DNA of 64,000 bases, taken from NCBI GenBank assembly GCA_002371705.1, contig DFGI01000096.1, positions 9,755 to 73,754 of the forward strand. Direction: 5' to 3'. Below the pieces are notes generated by a model. That model was not told where the DNA came from. It worked only from the letters and a program-made list of their open reading frames with translations, and ran no database searches. The first letter of the stretch is position 1, and each line of letters starts with the position of its first letter. Below, in pieces: positions 35,346 to 45,292 of the stretch. Source of the DNA: Bacteroidales bacterium UBA3754 (GTDB taxonomy: Bacteria; Bacteroidota; Bacteroidia; Bacteroidales; UBA1715). Made by a program: the position numbers and the translations under genes.

Positions 35346-35783
35346 ATGATGATTTCAACACGCGGCAGATATGCGATTAGAGTGATGATAGACTTGGCGG
35401 AACAAGGTTCGTCAAATTACATCCGCTTGAAAGACATTTCCGAACGACAAGACATTTCCCTAAAATACCTCGAAAGCATTACCACAATGCTTTCCAAAGC
35501 TGGTTTAATCGACGGCGTTCACGGACGCGGCGGCGGTTACAAACTCAACAGAACCCCTAACGATTACACTATTGGTGAAATTCTCCGCATTACCGAAGGA
35601 ACGCTCGCTCCCGTAGCCTGCTTGGGTTGTGACGCAAAATACTGCGAACGCGAACCTATATGCAGAACACTTCCAATGTGGAAAGAATTATACCAAACCA
35701 TAAACTCGTTTTTCGACAATTATACTCTTGCCGATTTAATAAAAAAATCTCCTGAATTGGGATATTTCAACGCTTCGCTGTAA
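35346..35783 (+). CDS. Rrf2 family transcriptional regulator with a Cys cluster
   Basis: N-terminal STRGRYAIRVMIDLA winged-helix signature. The Cys cluster is CLGCDAKYCEREPIC (C-x2-C-x4-C-x5-C). Confidence 0.85.
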   Translation: MMISTRGRYAIRVMIDLAEQGSSNYIRLKDISERQDISLKYLESITTMLSKAGLIDGVHGRGGGYKLNRTPNDYTIGEILRITEGTLAPVACLGCDAKYCEREPICRTLPMWKELYQTINSFFDNYTLADLIKKSPELGYFNASL

Positions 35784-35836
35784 ATCATCTTTTATGGCAT
35801 CACTTTTGCATTGGTTATAGAAAAAATTTTAGAGCT

Positions 35837-36334
35837 ATGAAACAGATTCGTACAATTTTAATCTCGTCAATCGCAGTTATAACTACCTTTTTGACAACAA
35901 GTTGTGAAAGAGAATACATCACAAAAGAGTATATCTCGGAATATTACAACGGTGCAAAAGTTTATACAAGGGAATACGCCATCCAAGGCAAGGATTGGCA
36001 AGTTGGCCACTACGACAATGGCAGAACGTATCTCTACGCTGAATGCGACAATCCCGACATCACCGACAATGTGATGAAAAACGGTGCCGTGTTAGGCTAT
36101 CTTTGGTTCACCTACGACATTGAGAAAAACGCAAGTTCTTGGAATCTAATGCCGTATGTATATCCTTACACGTTCCAAAACGACGAAGGCAATTCTATAA
36201 CTATTGGCGAAAACACTCGTTTTGAATACGAAAAAGGAACCGTGGTTTTCGTTGTGGAGGATTTGGATGGGTTTGAACCCGACGCAATGACCGATGAATT
36301 AATCTTCAAAGTCGTGGTGATTGAGAATTATTAA
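35837..36334 (+). CDS. hypothetical lipoprotein
   Basis: 165 aa with signal and lipobox LTTSCERE. I recognised no family. Confidence 0.55.
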   Translation: MKQIRTILISSIAVITTFLTTSCEREYITKEYISEYYNGAKVYTREYAIQGKDWQVGHYDNGRTYLYAECDNPDITDNVMKNGAVLGYLWFTYDIEKNASSWNLMPYVYPYTFQNDEGNSITIGENTRFEYEKGTVVFVVEDLDGFEPDAMTDELIFKVVVIENY

Positions 36335-36348
36335 TCCATAACTTTTCA

Positions 36349-36356
36349 TACATTTG
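36349..36356 (+). promoter_or_regulatory. -7 promoter box TACATTTG upstream of the FGGY kinase gene
   Basis: Exact TAnnTTTG, 28 nt upstream of the ATG at 36384. Confidence 0.4.
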
Positions 36357-36383
36357 TATTGTACAATAATTAATGTGTGAAAG

Positions 36384-37865
36384 ATGTATTTTTTAGGTTT
36401 CGACATTGGAAGTTCTTCGGTAAAAGTTTCGTTAGTCAACGCTGAATCAGGAAATTGCACTGCTTCAGCGTTTTATCCCAAACAAGAAATGCCCATTATT
36501 GCCAAACAAATTGGCTGGGCGGAACAAGAACCCGAAGAATGGTGGAAAAACCTAAAAATGGCTTTGGCGGAAGTTCTCAATACTGCACAAATCAACGTTA
36601 AAGAGATTTCAGCAATCGGTATTTCATACCAAATGCACGGTTTAGTGTGTGTTGACAAAAACAAAAACGTGCTTCGTCCTGCCATCATCTGGTGCGACAG
36701 CCGTGCGGCAACCATTGGCGATTCTGCATTCAATGCAATGGGAAAAGATCATTGCCTTTCGCATTTTCTGAACAGTCCGGGAAATTTTACCGCGTCGAAA
36801 CTACGATGGATTAAGGAAAATGAACCTGAAACATACGAGAAAATCCACAAAATAATGTTGCCTGGCGACTACATCGCGATGAAACTTTCGGGCAAAGTGC
36901 AGACAACCATCAGCGGTCTTTCCGAAGGAATTTTGTGGGATTTCAAACAATGTGAGCCAGCCCAATCGCTTCTCGACCATTATGGCATAGATTATTCTCT
37001 GCTCGCCGACATTGTACCTACGTTTGGAAACCAATGTAAAATTAGCGAACAGGCAGCAAAGGAGTTGGGTTTGCATACCAACATAACCATCTCGTACCGT
37101 GCCGGCGACCAACCAAACAATGCGTTGTCGCTCAACGTGTTGAATCCAGGTGAAATTGCCACAACGGCAGGAACATCGGGCGTGGTGTATGGCGTGACCG
37201 ACGAAATCAAATATGACCCGCTTTCGCGCGTAAATACATTTGCTCATGTAAACTACACCAAGGAACAAAATCGATTGGGTGTATTATTATGTATCAACGG
37301 AACGGGCATAATGAATTCTTGGATTCATAAAAACATTTGTTCCACAACAACATACGACGAAATGAACCGTATGGCGGAAACTGTTTCAATCGGTTCCGAC
37401 GGACTTTCGGTGCTTCCGTTCGGAAACGGAGCAGAACGAGTTTTGCAAAACAAAAATGTAAACGCTTCGGTTGTCGGTCTCAGTTTGACGAAACACACGA
37501 CAAGCCATCTCATCCGTGCCACGCACGAAGGAATTGCGTTTTCGTTTCACTACGGAATGGAGATAATGAAAACCATCGGCATCAATCCGTCGGTAATTCG
37601 TGCAGGCAAGGCAAATATGTTTTTAAGCCCGATTTTCCGAAGCACGTTGGCAAGCATTTCGGGAGCGACAATAGAACTCTACAACACCGATGGTTCGGTA
37701 GGTGCAGCCCGCGGAGCTGGAATCGGATTAGGCTTCTATACAAACGCCGAAGAAGCATTTGCATCGCTACAAAAAATTGCAGTCATCGAACCCGATGTGG
37801 AAAATTCAACTGCGTATCAAGATGCCTACAAACGATGGTCTGAAGCCATAAATCTCAGATTGTAA
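36384..37865 (+). CDS. xylB: FGGY-family carbohydrate kinase, xylulokinase-like
   Basis: 493 aa with N-terminal FLGFDIGSSSVKVSL (actin-fold phosphate-1) and WAEQEPEEWW. The GTSGVVYG and GAARGAG motifs are present. Confidence 0.65.
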   Translation: MYFLGFDIGSSSVKVSLVNAESGNCTASAFYPKQEMPIIAKQIGWAEQEPEEWWKNLKMALAEVLNTAQINVKEISAIGISYQMHGLVCVDKNKNVLRPAIIWCDSRAATIGDSAFNAMGKDHCLSHFLNSPGNFTASKLRWIKENEPETYEKIHKIMLPGDYIAMKLSGKVQTTISGLSEGILWDFKQCEPAQSLLDHYGIDYSLLADIVPTFGNQCKISEQAAKELGLHTNITISYRAGDQPNNALSLNVLNPGEIATTAGTSGVVYGVTDEIKYDPLSRVNTFAHVNYTKEQNRLGVLLCINGTGIMNSWIHKNICSTTTYDEMNRMAETVSIGSDGLSVLPFGNGAERVLQNKNVNASVVGLSLTKHTTSHLIRATHEGIAFSFHYGMEIMKTIGINPSVIRAGKANMFLSPIFRSTLASISGATIELYNTDGSVGAARGAGIGLGFYTNAEEAFASLQKIAVIEPDVENSTAYQDAYKRWSEAINLRL

Positions 37866-37869
37866 CAAC

Positions 37870-37900
37870 AAAAAAAAGGACGGAATCACTTCCGTCCTTA
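37870..37900. terminator. bidirectional intrinsic terminator between convergent xylB-like and SPFH genes
   Basis: An A-run is followed by GGACGGAA-TCAC-TTCCGTCC and then T-rich sequence. Confidence 0.65.
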
Positions 37901-37921
37901 CCTATTTTTAAAAAATAAGGA

Positions 37922-38902
37922 TTATTTCTTCTTTGAATTTTCAATTACCGACATTGCAGTGGCAAGCACGCTGCTTACGTCCGTCATATTTTGCGGAATA
38001 ATCATTGTGTTGTTTTCCTTTGCCAACTTGCCAAATTCATTCAAATACTGTTCGGCAATACGCAAGTTCACCGCCTCTGTACCATTCTCAGAACCGATTG
38101 CAGCTGCAATTTCGCGGAGACCCGTAGCGGTTGCACGGGCAATTTGTTCAATTTCACTCGCCTTACCTGCGGCTTCGTTCACACGACGTTGCTGTTCACC
38201 TTCGGAACGGGCAATCAACTCTTGCTTGTCGGCATTAGCCACGTTGATTTTTGCCTGCATTTCACCTTCGGATTTTGCAATCAATTCCTGACGGGCAGCC
38301 TCTGCCGCATTGATTTTCGCTTGTTTCGCACCTTCGGATTCTGCGATAATGGCACGTTTTTCACGTTCGGCACGCATTTGCTTTTCCATCGCGTCCTTGA
38401 TGCTTTGCGGAGGCGTAATGTTCTTTACTTCGTAACGGGTGATTTTGATTCCCCACGAATCGCTTGCCTTGTCAACAGCAGAAACGATAACAGAATTAAT
38501 AGAATCACGTTCCTCGAATGTCTTGTCGAGTTCCAATTTACCAATCACACTACGCATAGTGGTTTGTGCCAATTGAATTGATGCAAACGCATAATTATCA
38601 ATACCATACGAAGCGTTTTTTGGATCCATCACCTGAAGATACATAATACCGTCAACCTCAACGGAAATGTTATCACGGGTGATACACGTCTGCGAAGGCA
38701 CATCGATAGCCTGTTCTTTCAACGAATGTTTGTATGCCACACGGTCGATGAACGGGATAATAATGTGGAAACCAGCCAAAAGCGTTTGGTGGTATTTACC
38801 AAGACGTTCAACAATATACGCCTCGCGCTGAGGCACGATTTTAAGACTTCCAGTAAGGACAAAGAATGCAAGAATGCAGACAGCAATAAGAAATGTTACC
38901 AT
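37922..38902 (-). CDS. SPFH/band 7 (stomatin/paraslipin-like) membrane protein
   Basis: 326 aa with an N-terminal TM helix and the SPFH core (IVPQREAYIVERLGKY...). The C-terminus is an Ala/Glu/Lys-rich coiled coil. Confidence 0.85.
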   Translation of the reverse strand: MVTFLIAVCILAFFVLTGSLKIVPQREAYIVERLGKYHQTLLAGFHIIIPFIDRVAYKHSLKEQAIDVPSQTCITRDNISVEVDGIMYLQVMDPKNASYGIDNYAFASIQLAQTTMRSVIGKLELDKTFEERDSINSVIVSAVDKASDSWGIKITRYEVKNITPPQSIKDAMEKQMRAEREKRAIIAESEGAKQAKINAAEAARQELIAKSEGEMQAKINVANADKQELIARSEGEQQRRVNEAAGKASEIEQIARATATGLREIAAAIGSENGTEAVNLRIAEQYLNEFGKLAKENNTMIIPQNMTDVSSVLATAMSVIENSKKK

Positions 38903-38926
38903 AGTTTTAAATTTTTAATATATGTA

Positions 38927-38934
38927 CAAATGTA
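38927..38934 (-). promoter_or_regulatory. -7 promoter box TACATTTG for the SPFH gene
   Basis: The minus strand reads TACATTTG, 25 nt upstream of the ATG at 38902. Confidence 0.4.
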
Positions 38935-38975
38935 GGAAATGTTTTGAAACAAACCTCATTCGAATATATATTTTG

Positions 38976-39005
38976 TTGTAGAGACGATATGTATCGTCTC
39001 TACAA
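38976..39005. repeat. REP-like palindrome TTGTAGAGACGATA-TG-TATCGTCTCTACAA
   Basis: 14-nt inverted arms, 5 nt past the stop of the 2083-aa gene. No T-run follows on either strand. It is related to the palindrome at 45293..45320. Confidence 0.75.
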
Positions 39006-39009
39006 GGGA

Positions 39010-42000
39010 TTATTCCACAACAATCTTAAAAATTTGTTTGCCAACCGTCACGATATACACTCCGTCAAGTTTTATTGAGAATGCGTATTCGTCAAGGTCT
39101 TGGGCTGAAGTTATTTTTTGTCCATTTATGTTGTAGATGGTTGCTTCTGCACGTTCTGCATTTTTCACGTGGATTGTCTTTCCTATTGCATAAACTTCAA
39201 CATTTGATGTCAAATCGGCAATTGCATCTGGAATGTCAATATTTTCAGCTTCGGCAATATTGGAAATAGCCAACGCAAACGGTCCCGATTCGGCTTTCAG
39301 GAATTGAGTTTTCGGATTTACCACTTCGGGCAGTTTTACGCCGACGTAGTATGAAATCACGTTGCTGATTGCCGTATCGACAGTGTATGACGTGAAGTTT
39401 GCCGAAAGTGTTGCCAAAGTATCGACAAGGATTTTGCCGTTTTCTTTGTGTTTGCACATCACTATAAACGACTCGTAATCAATACCTTCGTATGCGTTCC
39501 AAATCAGGTTCGTCTGATTTTTATTCTCCTCGGTGTCGGCACCGGCAACTTTGGCAATGTGCATCGTGGTGTGATGCTCGCTCATCTCGGTTTCCTCGCC
39601 GCACACGTCGGTTACGGAAATCTTGTAACGCCACGGCTGAATGTTCGGGTCGGCTTCTTCATCTTCGTAAACGCTTAATTCTGAATATTTTACTTGAGCT
39701 ATTTCCTCAAACACGTCTTTCCTTTCCGATTCACGGTAAATCGTGTAGAAATCAATCAAATCGGTGTTTTCCTTCAACCAAACCACCAAGTTCTTGCCCG
39801 TTTGTTCGCTCACGGTCACGAGGGCGATTTCGGGCTGTTTCAACGGAATTGAAGGAACGGTTACGTCCAATGTTGCGGTACAATTGTTTTCGTCGGTCAC
39901 AACCAGAGTGTAGTCGCCTGCACTGACATTTACCAAATTCTTGCTTGAACGGCCATTGTTCCAATGATAGATAAGATTGTCGTCGCCACTGATGATTACC
40001 GCACCACTTTTTTCATTGCAGGCGGTAGAAATGATATTAGAGATAGTAACGACGGGCGCATCTGGCTCTACCAACGTGAAGTTGTCGCTGATTGAACAGC
40101 CAGTTTCGGTGTTGGTTATCACAACGGAATAGTCGCCTTCTGCAAGGTTGGCAACGTTTTGCGTAGTTGCCTCGTTGCTCCAAGCAAATGAGGCGTTTTC
40201 GGCACCTGTCAAGGTAATTGAGATTGCACCGTCGGCGTTGGAGCAAGTAGGATTTTTGATTTTTGCCGACAGCTTCATCTCTTCTGGTTGTGACACCGTG
40301 TAAGTCTTTCTGTATGTACAATTTTCGTCATACGAGATTACGACTTCGTAGTTTCCTGCCTGTATATTTCGTATTGTGTCCTCGGTGGAAGTCTCATTTG
40401 TCCATTGCGTAGTATATTGACTCTCGGCGTTCGTCACCTTCAGGGCGATTTCGCCGTCGCTTTCGCCGAAGCAAGACACGTTTGTGATTGTTTCCTCAAC
40501 TTGAATGTTGCAAGCCAAAACAACTGTTGCCGTCGCCTTCACCGTGTTCTTCTCGCCGTTCGGAAGGGTTGCCGTCACCGTAATTTCCGCCTCGCCTTCG
40601 TATTCATACACAGTAAGGAACAGTTTGCCGTCACTCACCGTTGCCGCTACCACGTTTGGAGCGGAACTTGCGGCACTGTATGAAATTTCACTACCTTCGG
40701 TAGTGACGAAAAGGTCGGTAAGGTCGATTGGAGCAGCTTCTCTTTCTGTTTTTAGCGTTGGGATTTCGAGAACGCCACTGATTTGAACTTTCTCTTTCTC
40801 CTTGAAGTTGGCAACCAATGTCGTGTCTTTCGTCACCGTCAGCTGTATTCTCTCGTCTTTCAGCTCTCCGTTGTTCCAGCCGATGAACTCGTAACCTTCG
40901 TTGGCAACTGCCTTCAGCGTCGCAGTCGATTTGTATTCAACATAACCTTCGCCTGTGACGGTTCCCATAATCTTGCTGTAATCAACGGAAACTTTGTACT
41001 CGTTGATAGTCCATTTGGCGTAGAACGTCTTGTCGCCTGTTTCGCCCGACAAGATTGACAATATGGTTGAACCGATATACGACGAATTGCTGTACCAGCC
41101 AGCAAATGTGTAGCCCTCTTTGGTAACGTCGGTCGGCAAGGTTGCGCCTTTGCCGTATTCGTAACGTTCTATATTTTGTTCTTCGGCGATTGTGCCTTCG
41201 TTGGTTACAAGAGTTACGTTATAAGTGTTTACAATCCAATTTGCATAAAATGCTTTATTACCGAGTTCGACCGACGAAATCATTGCAACGCGTTCGCCTT
41301 CAAATTCGGCATTGTCGTACCAGCCGTCGAAGGTGAAACCTGTTTTTGTCACATCGCTTGGAAGAATTACGGTCGTGCCATAGATGTAGTTTTTCACATT
41401 TCCGTTGTTGATTGTTCCACCGTTTGGTTCGAACGTGATTGAATATGAATTAACAAGCCAATTTGCATAGAAGGCCTTCTCGCCGATTTCGGTTGAAGAG
41501 ATTGATTGAACGGACGAACCGAGATATGACGAGTTGGTGTACCAGCCGCCGAACGTGTAGCCGTCTCTCGTAATATTTGTAGGCAAGGTTGCTCCTTTGC
41601 CGTAGGTGTATCGTTCCACATTGCCAGAATTGATAACGCCACCGTTGGTTTCGAGAGTTACTATGTACGAATTCACGTTCCAGTTAGCATAAAAGGTGAG
41701 ATTTCCCGTCTTCGACTCGGAAATGCGTGTGACGCGTGCCGTTGCGCAGTCCTTGTCGGCGTACCAGCCATCGAAGGTGTAGCCAGTCTTGGTCACGTCG
41801 GACGGGAGCGGAATGCCGTAGCCGTAGGTGTAGTTCGCCACGTTGCCCGAGTTGATTGTTCCGCCATTGGTTTCGAGGGTGACAGTGTAGGAATTCACAT
41901 TCCATTTAGCCCAAAATTCCTTGTCGCCGATTTCGGCTGACGAAATTGCCTGCACTGCTTCGCCTACATACGCCGAATTGGTGTACCAGCCGCCGAAGGT

Positions 42001-45000
42001 GTAGCCCTCGCGTGTAGGAACAGGCAGTGTGATTTCGCTGCCTATGCGGTAGGTGGCGGGAACGTCGTCGTCGCCAATGGTGCCGCCGTTGTAGTTGAGC
42101 GTGATGTCGTAGTCAACCACGCTCCAGTCGGCCCAAAATTCGCGTTCGCCAAATTCGGTTGTGGAAATAAGCGTGACGGGGTTGCCCGTGCGTTGTTCGT
42201 TGTCGTACCAACCACGGAACAGATAGCCACGTTGCGTAACGTCGGCTGGAAGAACCACACCCACGGTGTAGGTGTAGGACTCAACCACCACGTTGTTTAT
42301 AGTACCGCCGTTAGTGTGGAACGTGATTGGATAATCCTGTTCCTTCCAGCGGGCCCAGAACTGCTTGTCGCCCAAGTCGGTGTCGGTGATTTCGGTGAAT
42401 GCCGACCCGATGAAGCTTGAATTGTCGTACCAGCCGGCAAAGTCGTAGCCAGTCTTTGTCACATTTGAAGGAAGCTCCGTGCGTTTGCCGTATTTATAAA
42501 GCACCACGTTTCCGCTGTTGATTGTGCCGCCGTTGGTGTGCAAGGTCACAAAGTAGCCGTTTTCCTCCCATTTTGCCCAAAATTCCTTGTCGCCGAACTC
42601 AGCCACGGAAACCATGCTCACCGCGTCGCCCTCGCAGAGTTCGTTGTCGTACCAGCCGGCGAACATGTGGCCGTCGCGCTCCATATTGGAGTACGACGGA
42701 AGAACAGCACCCACGCCGAAAGTGTAGTTCGCCACATTGCCCGTAATGATGGTTCCGCCGTTTTCGTGGAGCGTAATATTATACGTTATAGGGTTCCATT
42801 TTGCATAGAATGTCTTGTCGCCGTATTCCGACGAGGCGATTTTTGTGACAGCCGTGCCCGTGCAGTTCACGTTGGCGAACCATCCGCCAAAGGTACATCC
42901 GTCCTTCTCGATGGCGGGAAGCGTGACTTCGGTGCCGTAGTGGTACGAAGTGGCGTAGTCGTCGGTGGTGATGGTTCCGCCGTTGTTGTTGAACGAGATA
43001 ACATAGTCGCGAACCGTCCAGAAGGCGTAGAGCGTAATGTCGGACGTGTTTTTATAGCGTGCCACAGCCGATTTTCCCTCATACGTATAATATTGTACGC
43101 CGCCGCCGTTCTCCTCGGTGAAATATCCGCCGAAGGCGTATCCAACGCTGTCGGGACAGATAACGACCTGCAACGGTGCGTCGTAGGTCGCCTCGATTGA
43201 AGCCGTGCCGAGCGTGGTCGGCTCGCCTTGGCTGAATGTTACGGTGTAGGTGTTAGGTTTCCACACGGCAAAGAGTTCCACCACCTCGTTGTTCACGTCG
43301 GTGAGGTTCTTCACGCTCTGACCGTCGGTGTAGGTGATTGACGACGCCTGTGCGGCCGTAGCCCAGCCGAGGAACTCGTAACCCGTGCGGGTGTAGGTGT
43401 TCGCAGCAAGCGGCGACTCGGCGTCGTAGGTGCAGGCGCTGTTAGGCATCGCCTCGGAATCGTCGGCACCGGCGGGATTGTATGCTATGTAGTAGGTGTT
43501 TGTGGTCCATTTTGCGTAGAAAGTTTTGTCGCCCATATCGGTGGCGCCGATGGAATAGACGGGCTCGCCCGTGAGTTCGGCGTTGGGGTACCAGCCGTAG
43601 AACGTGTAGCCGGGCTTTTCAAGCACGGGGAGTTGCAGGGCGGTGCCATAGACGTGCGTAGTCACGTCGATGTCCGACGAAAGTTCCGCACCGTTGCCCA
43701 CGAGCGTCACCTTGAACTGTTTCGGGCTCCATTTTGCATAGAAAGTCTTGTTGCCCATATCGGTGGGATAGATTTCCGTCACGGGGCTTCCCGTGAGGGA
43801 TTCGTTGGCGAACCAGCCCTCGAAGTTGTGGCCGGGCTTTTCGATGTTGGTAGGCAGCGTGGCTCCCACCGAATAGGTGTAGCGGCTGAAATTGCCGTCG
43901 ATTATGGTACCGCCGTTAGGATTGAGCGAAACGGCGTAGGTGGGATACATTTTGAAGTTTGGCACGGAATTGTTCGCCGAAATTGACGAAACCGAGGCGG
44001 CATTGCCGCACGCGTCGGTAACGGAGCCGTTGATGCCCGTAACCTTCACAGTTCCCGTGATGCCCGAAGCTGATGTGGTTGTGAGGTCGGAGTAGAACAC
44101 CAGCGTGTTGGTGTTGAGACCGCAGGCATAGTTGAACGAGAACGACCGCGAGCCGATGCTGACCGATGCGCCCGAAACGTTGCCCGTGACTGGTTCGTTG
44201 AAGTGGACAGCCACATAGAGTCGTTCGCCGCTGGTGTAGATGCGGCTGACGTTCGTCGAAATTCCCGTGACGACAGGGGCGGCGTTGTCTTGTACCCTTA
44301 CATTTGCCACAATATTTGATAAATCGGCACCTACTGTCTTTATTCTAAAGCCAATATGCTTTGTAGGGTCCATATCAACAAACCACTCGTAATCACTGGT
44401 AGAGTAATGAGTTATGTAATCCTTGTTTAAGTAAGAATCAACAGAACCAAAACCACCATTAAACTGACTTTGGGTTGGAAACGTATATGTTTTATAATAA
44501 TTTGCACTTGAAGCATACCAATCACTAAAAAACTCATTACATAAATTTGCCTCTAATCCCGAAGGTTTGTATCTTTCGTCCCAATAATAAGATAGGTTAT
44601 AATTCCGTTTGATGACACCTATTTCACTTGCATTACCATCCAATGTAATCCCAACGCCTTGTAAGGTTGTAGATTCAGTCACATAACGAAGATAATACGT
44701 CATTTGCACCTGAAAATCGTATTTCCCCGTTTGGTCGGAGAAAGTATAATAATCTTTTGTAATACCAGAGAATGCATCACCCATGGCAGAATTGCATGTA
44801 AAATCATACTGATTATAACCTAAAGATATATCATCAGTAATTTTCTGTGCTTGAGTAGTGTTAATATCGCTTGCCGAGATAACTGTAGCGTCGTCCCACC
44901 AGCCAGTGGAGCGAGGCGTGTTGGCCATGGAGTTGTTGTGAATGCAGAAATAGAACAGCCGCGAGATGCCCGCCTCGAGATTAAATTTATCAATGGAAGC

Positions 45001-45261
45001 AACGGAATAAAGCGGCACGGTAACGATTTTGGAAGATTCGCCTTTTGCAAATTCAAACCGTCCAGCAACGTCCTCGTAGTGAATGCCCGCCACGGCGCTG
45101 CCGCTCTGCGTGTAGTATTCCACCCAGCTCGCCGCCGAAGCGTCGCTACGCGAAATGGTGAACACGTTTCCTCCCGAAACCGAGACGGTGAAGGAGTCGG
45201 GGTCGGCAAAGGCGGCAAGGGCCATTGCCATGAGAATGAATAAGGTAGATATTTTTTTCAT
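39010..45261 (-). CDS. large T9SS-secreted adhesin-like protein, 2083 aa: Calx-beta-like N-terminus, 13 Listeria-Bacteroides repeats plus 1 InlB-B-like repeat, 3 SprB repeats, FN3-like region, T9SS C-terminal sorting domain
   Basis: Signal peptide MKKISTLFILMAMALAAFA. A Calx-beta-like segment reads GSAVAGIHYEDVAGRFEFAKGESSKIVTVPL. Repeats of the type Y.VTL.TNGGTI...GYTF.GWY....FYA.W are present. SprB-type units read C.G..DG.I...with Y..QW/F.W/YHW. The tail is VYAIGKTIHVKNAE...GVYIVTVGKQIFKIVVE. Confidence 0.9.
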   Translation of the reverse strand: MKKISTLFILMAMALAAFADPDSFTVSVSGGNVFTISRSDASAASWVEYYTQSGSAVAGIHYEDVAGRFEFAKGESSKIVTVPLYSVASIDKFNLEAGISRLFYFCIHNNSMANTPRSTGWWDDATVISASDINTTQAQKITDDISLGYNQYDFTCNSAMGDAFSGITKDYYTFSDQTGKYDFQVQMTYYLRYVTESTTLQGVGITLDGNASEIGVIKRNYNLSYYWDERYKPSGLEANLCNEFFSDWYASSANYYKTYTFPTQSQFNGGFGSVDSYLNKDYITHYSTSDYEWFVDMDPTKHIGFRIKTVGADLSNIVANVRVQDNAAPVVTGISTNVSRIYTSGERLYVAVHFNEPVTGNVSGASVSIGSRSFSFNYACGLNTNTLVFYSDLTTTSASGITGTVKVTGINGSVTDACGNAASVSSISANNSVPNFKMYPTYAVSLNPNGGTIIDGNFSRYTYSVGATLPTNIEKPGHNFEGWFANESLTGSPVTEIYPTDMGNKTFYAKWSPKQFKVTLVGNGAELSSDIDVTTHVYGTALQLPVLEKPGYTFYGWYPNAELTGEPVYSIGATDMGDKTFYAKWTTNTYYIAYNPAGADDSEAMPNSACTYDAESPLAANTYTRTGYEFLGWATAAQASSITYTDGQSVKNLTDVNNEVVELFAVWKPNTYTVTFSQGEPTTLGTASIEATYDAPLQVVICPDSVGYAFGGYFTEENGGGVQYYTYEGKSAVARYKNTSDITLYAFWTVRDYVISFNNNGGTITTDDYATSYHYGTEVTLPAIEKDGCTFGGWFANVNCTGTAVTKIASSEYGDKTFYAKWNPITYNITLHENGGTIITGNVANYTFGVGAVLPSYSNMERDGHMFAGWYDNELCEGDAVSMVSVAEFGDKEFWAKWEENGYFVTLHTNGGTINSGNVVLYKYGKRTELPSNVTKTGYDFAGWYDNSSFIGSAFTEITDTDLGDKQFWARWKEQDYPITFHTNGGTINNVVVESYTYTVGVVLPADVTQRGYLFRGWYDNEQRTGNPVTLISTTEFGEREFWADWSVVDYDITLNYNGGTIGDDDVPATYRIGSEITLPVPTREGYTFGGWYTNSAYVGEAVQAISSAEIGDKEFWAKWNVNSYTVTLETNGGTINSGNVANYTYGYGIPLPSDVTKTGYTFDGWYADKDCATARVTRISESKTGNLTFYANWNVNSYIVTLETNGGVINSGNVERYTYGKGATLPTNITRDGYTFGGWYTNSSYLGSSVQSISSTEIGEKAFYANWLVNSYSITFEPNGGTINNGNVKNYIYGTTVILPSDVTKTGFTFDGWYDNAEFEGERVAMISSVELGNKAFYANWIVNTYNVTLVTNEGTIAEEQNIERYEYGKGATLPTDVTKEGYTFAGWYSNSSYIGSTILSILSGETGDKTFYAKWTINEYKVSVDYSKIMGTVTGEGYVEYKSTATLKAVANEGYEFIGWNNGELKDERIQLTVTKDTTLVANFKEKEKVQISGVLEIPTLKTEREAAPIDLTDLFVTTEGSEISYSAASSAPNVVAATVSDGKLFLTVYEYEGEAEITVTATLPNGEKNTVKATATVVLACNIQVEETITNVSCFGESDGEIALKVTNAESQYTTQWTNETSTEDTIRNIQAGNYEVVISYDENCTYRKTYTVSQPEEMKLSAKIKNPTCSNADGAISITLTGAENASFAWSNEATTQNVANLAEGDYSVVITNTETGCSISDNFTLVEPDAPVVTISNIISTACNEKSGAVIISGDDNLIYHWNNGRSSKNLVNVSAGDYTLVVTDENNCTATLDVTVPSIPLKQPEIALVTVSEQTGKNLVVWLKENTDLIDFYTIYRESERKDVFEEIAQVKYSELSVYEDEEADPNIQPWRYKISVTDVCGEETEMSEHHTTMHIAKVAGADTEENKNQTNLIWNAYEGIDYESFIVMCKHKENGKILVDTLATLSANFTSYTVDTAISNVISYYVGVKLPEVVNPKTQFLKAESGPFALAISNIAEAENIDIPDAIADLTSNVEVYAIGKTIHVKNAERAEATIYNINGQKITSAQDLDEYAFSIKLDGVYIVTVGKQIFKIVVE
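40789..43938 (-). repeat. coding tandem array of 14 ~75-aa Listeria-Bacteroides/InlB-B type repeats
   Basis: Residues 442..1491 of the 2083-aa ORF, delimited by hand. Confidence 0.8.
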
Positions 45262-45292
45262 ATTTGTTTATTTTGTATGTTTCGTTTTTTAT

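Noticed and set aside
37991-38581. A 196-aa plus-strand ORF antisense to the SPFH gene
   Set aside because: It is a shadow ORF of the Ala/Glu/Lys-rich coiled-coil region, and its composition is implausible.
42538-43200. A 220-aa plus-strand ORF, and many other 60-190-aa ORFs antisense to the two giant genes (for example 19165..19599, 24807..25220, 43633..43986, 44851..45243)
   Set aside because: These are shadow ORFs produced by repetitive, compositionally biased coding sequence on the opposite strand. Their composition is Arg/Cys/His-rich nonsense, and they have no promoters or independent signals.
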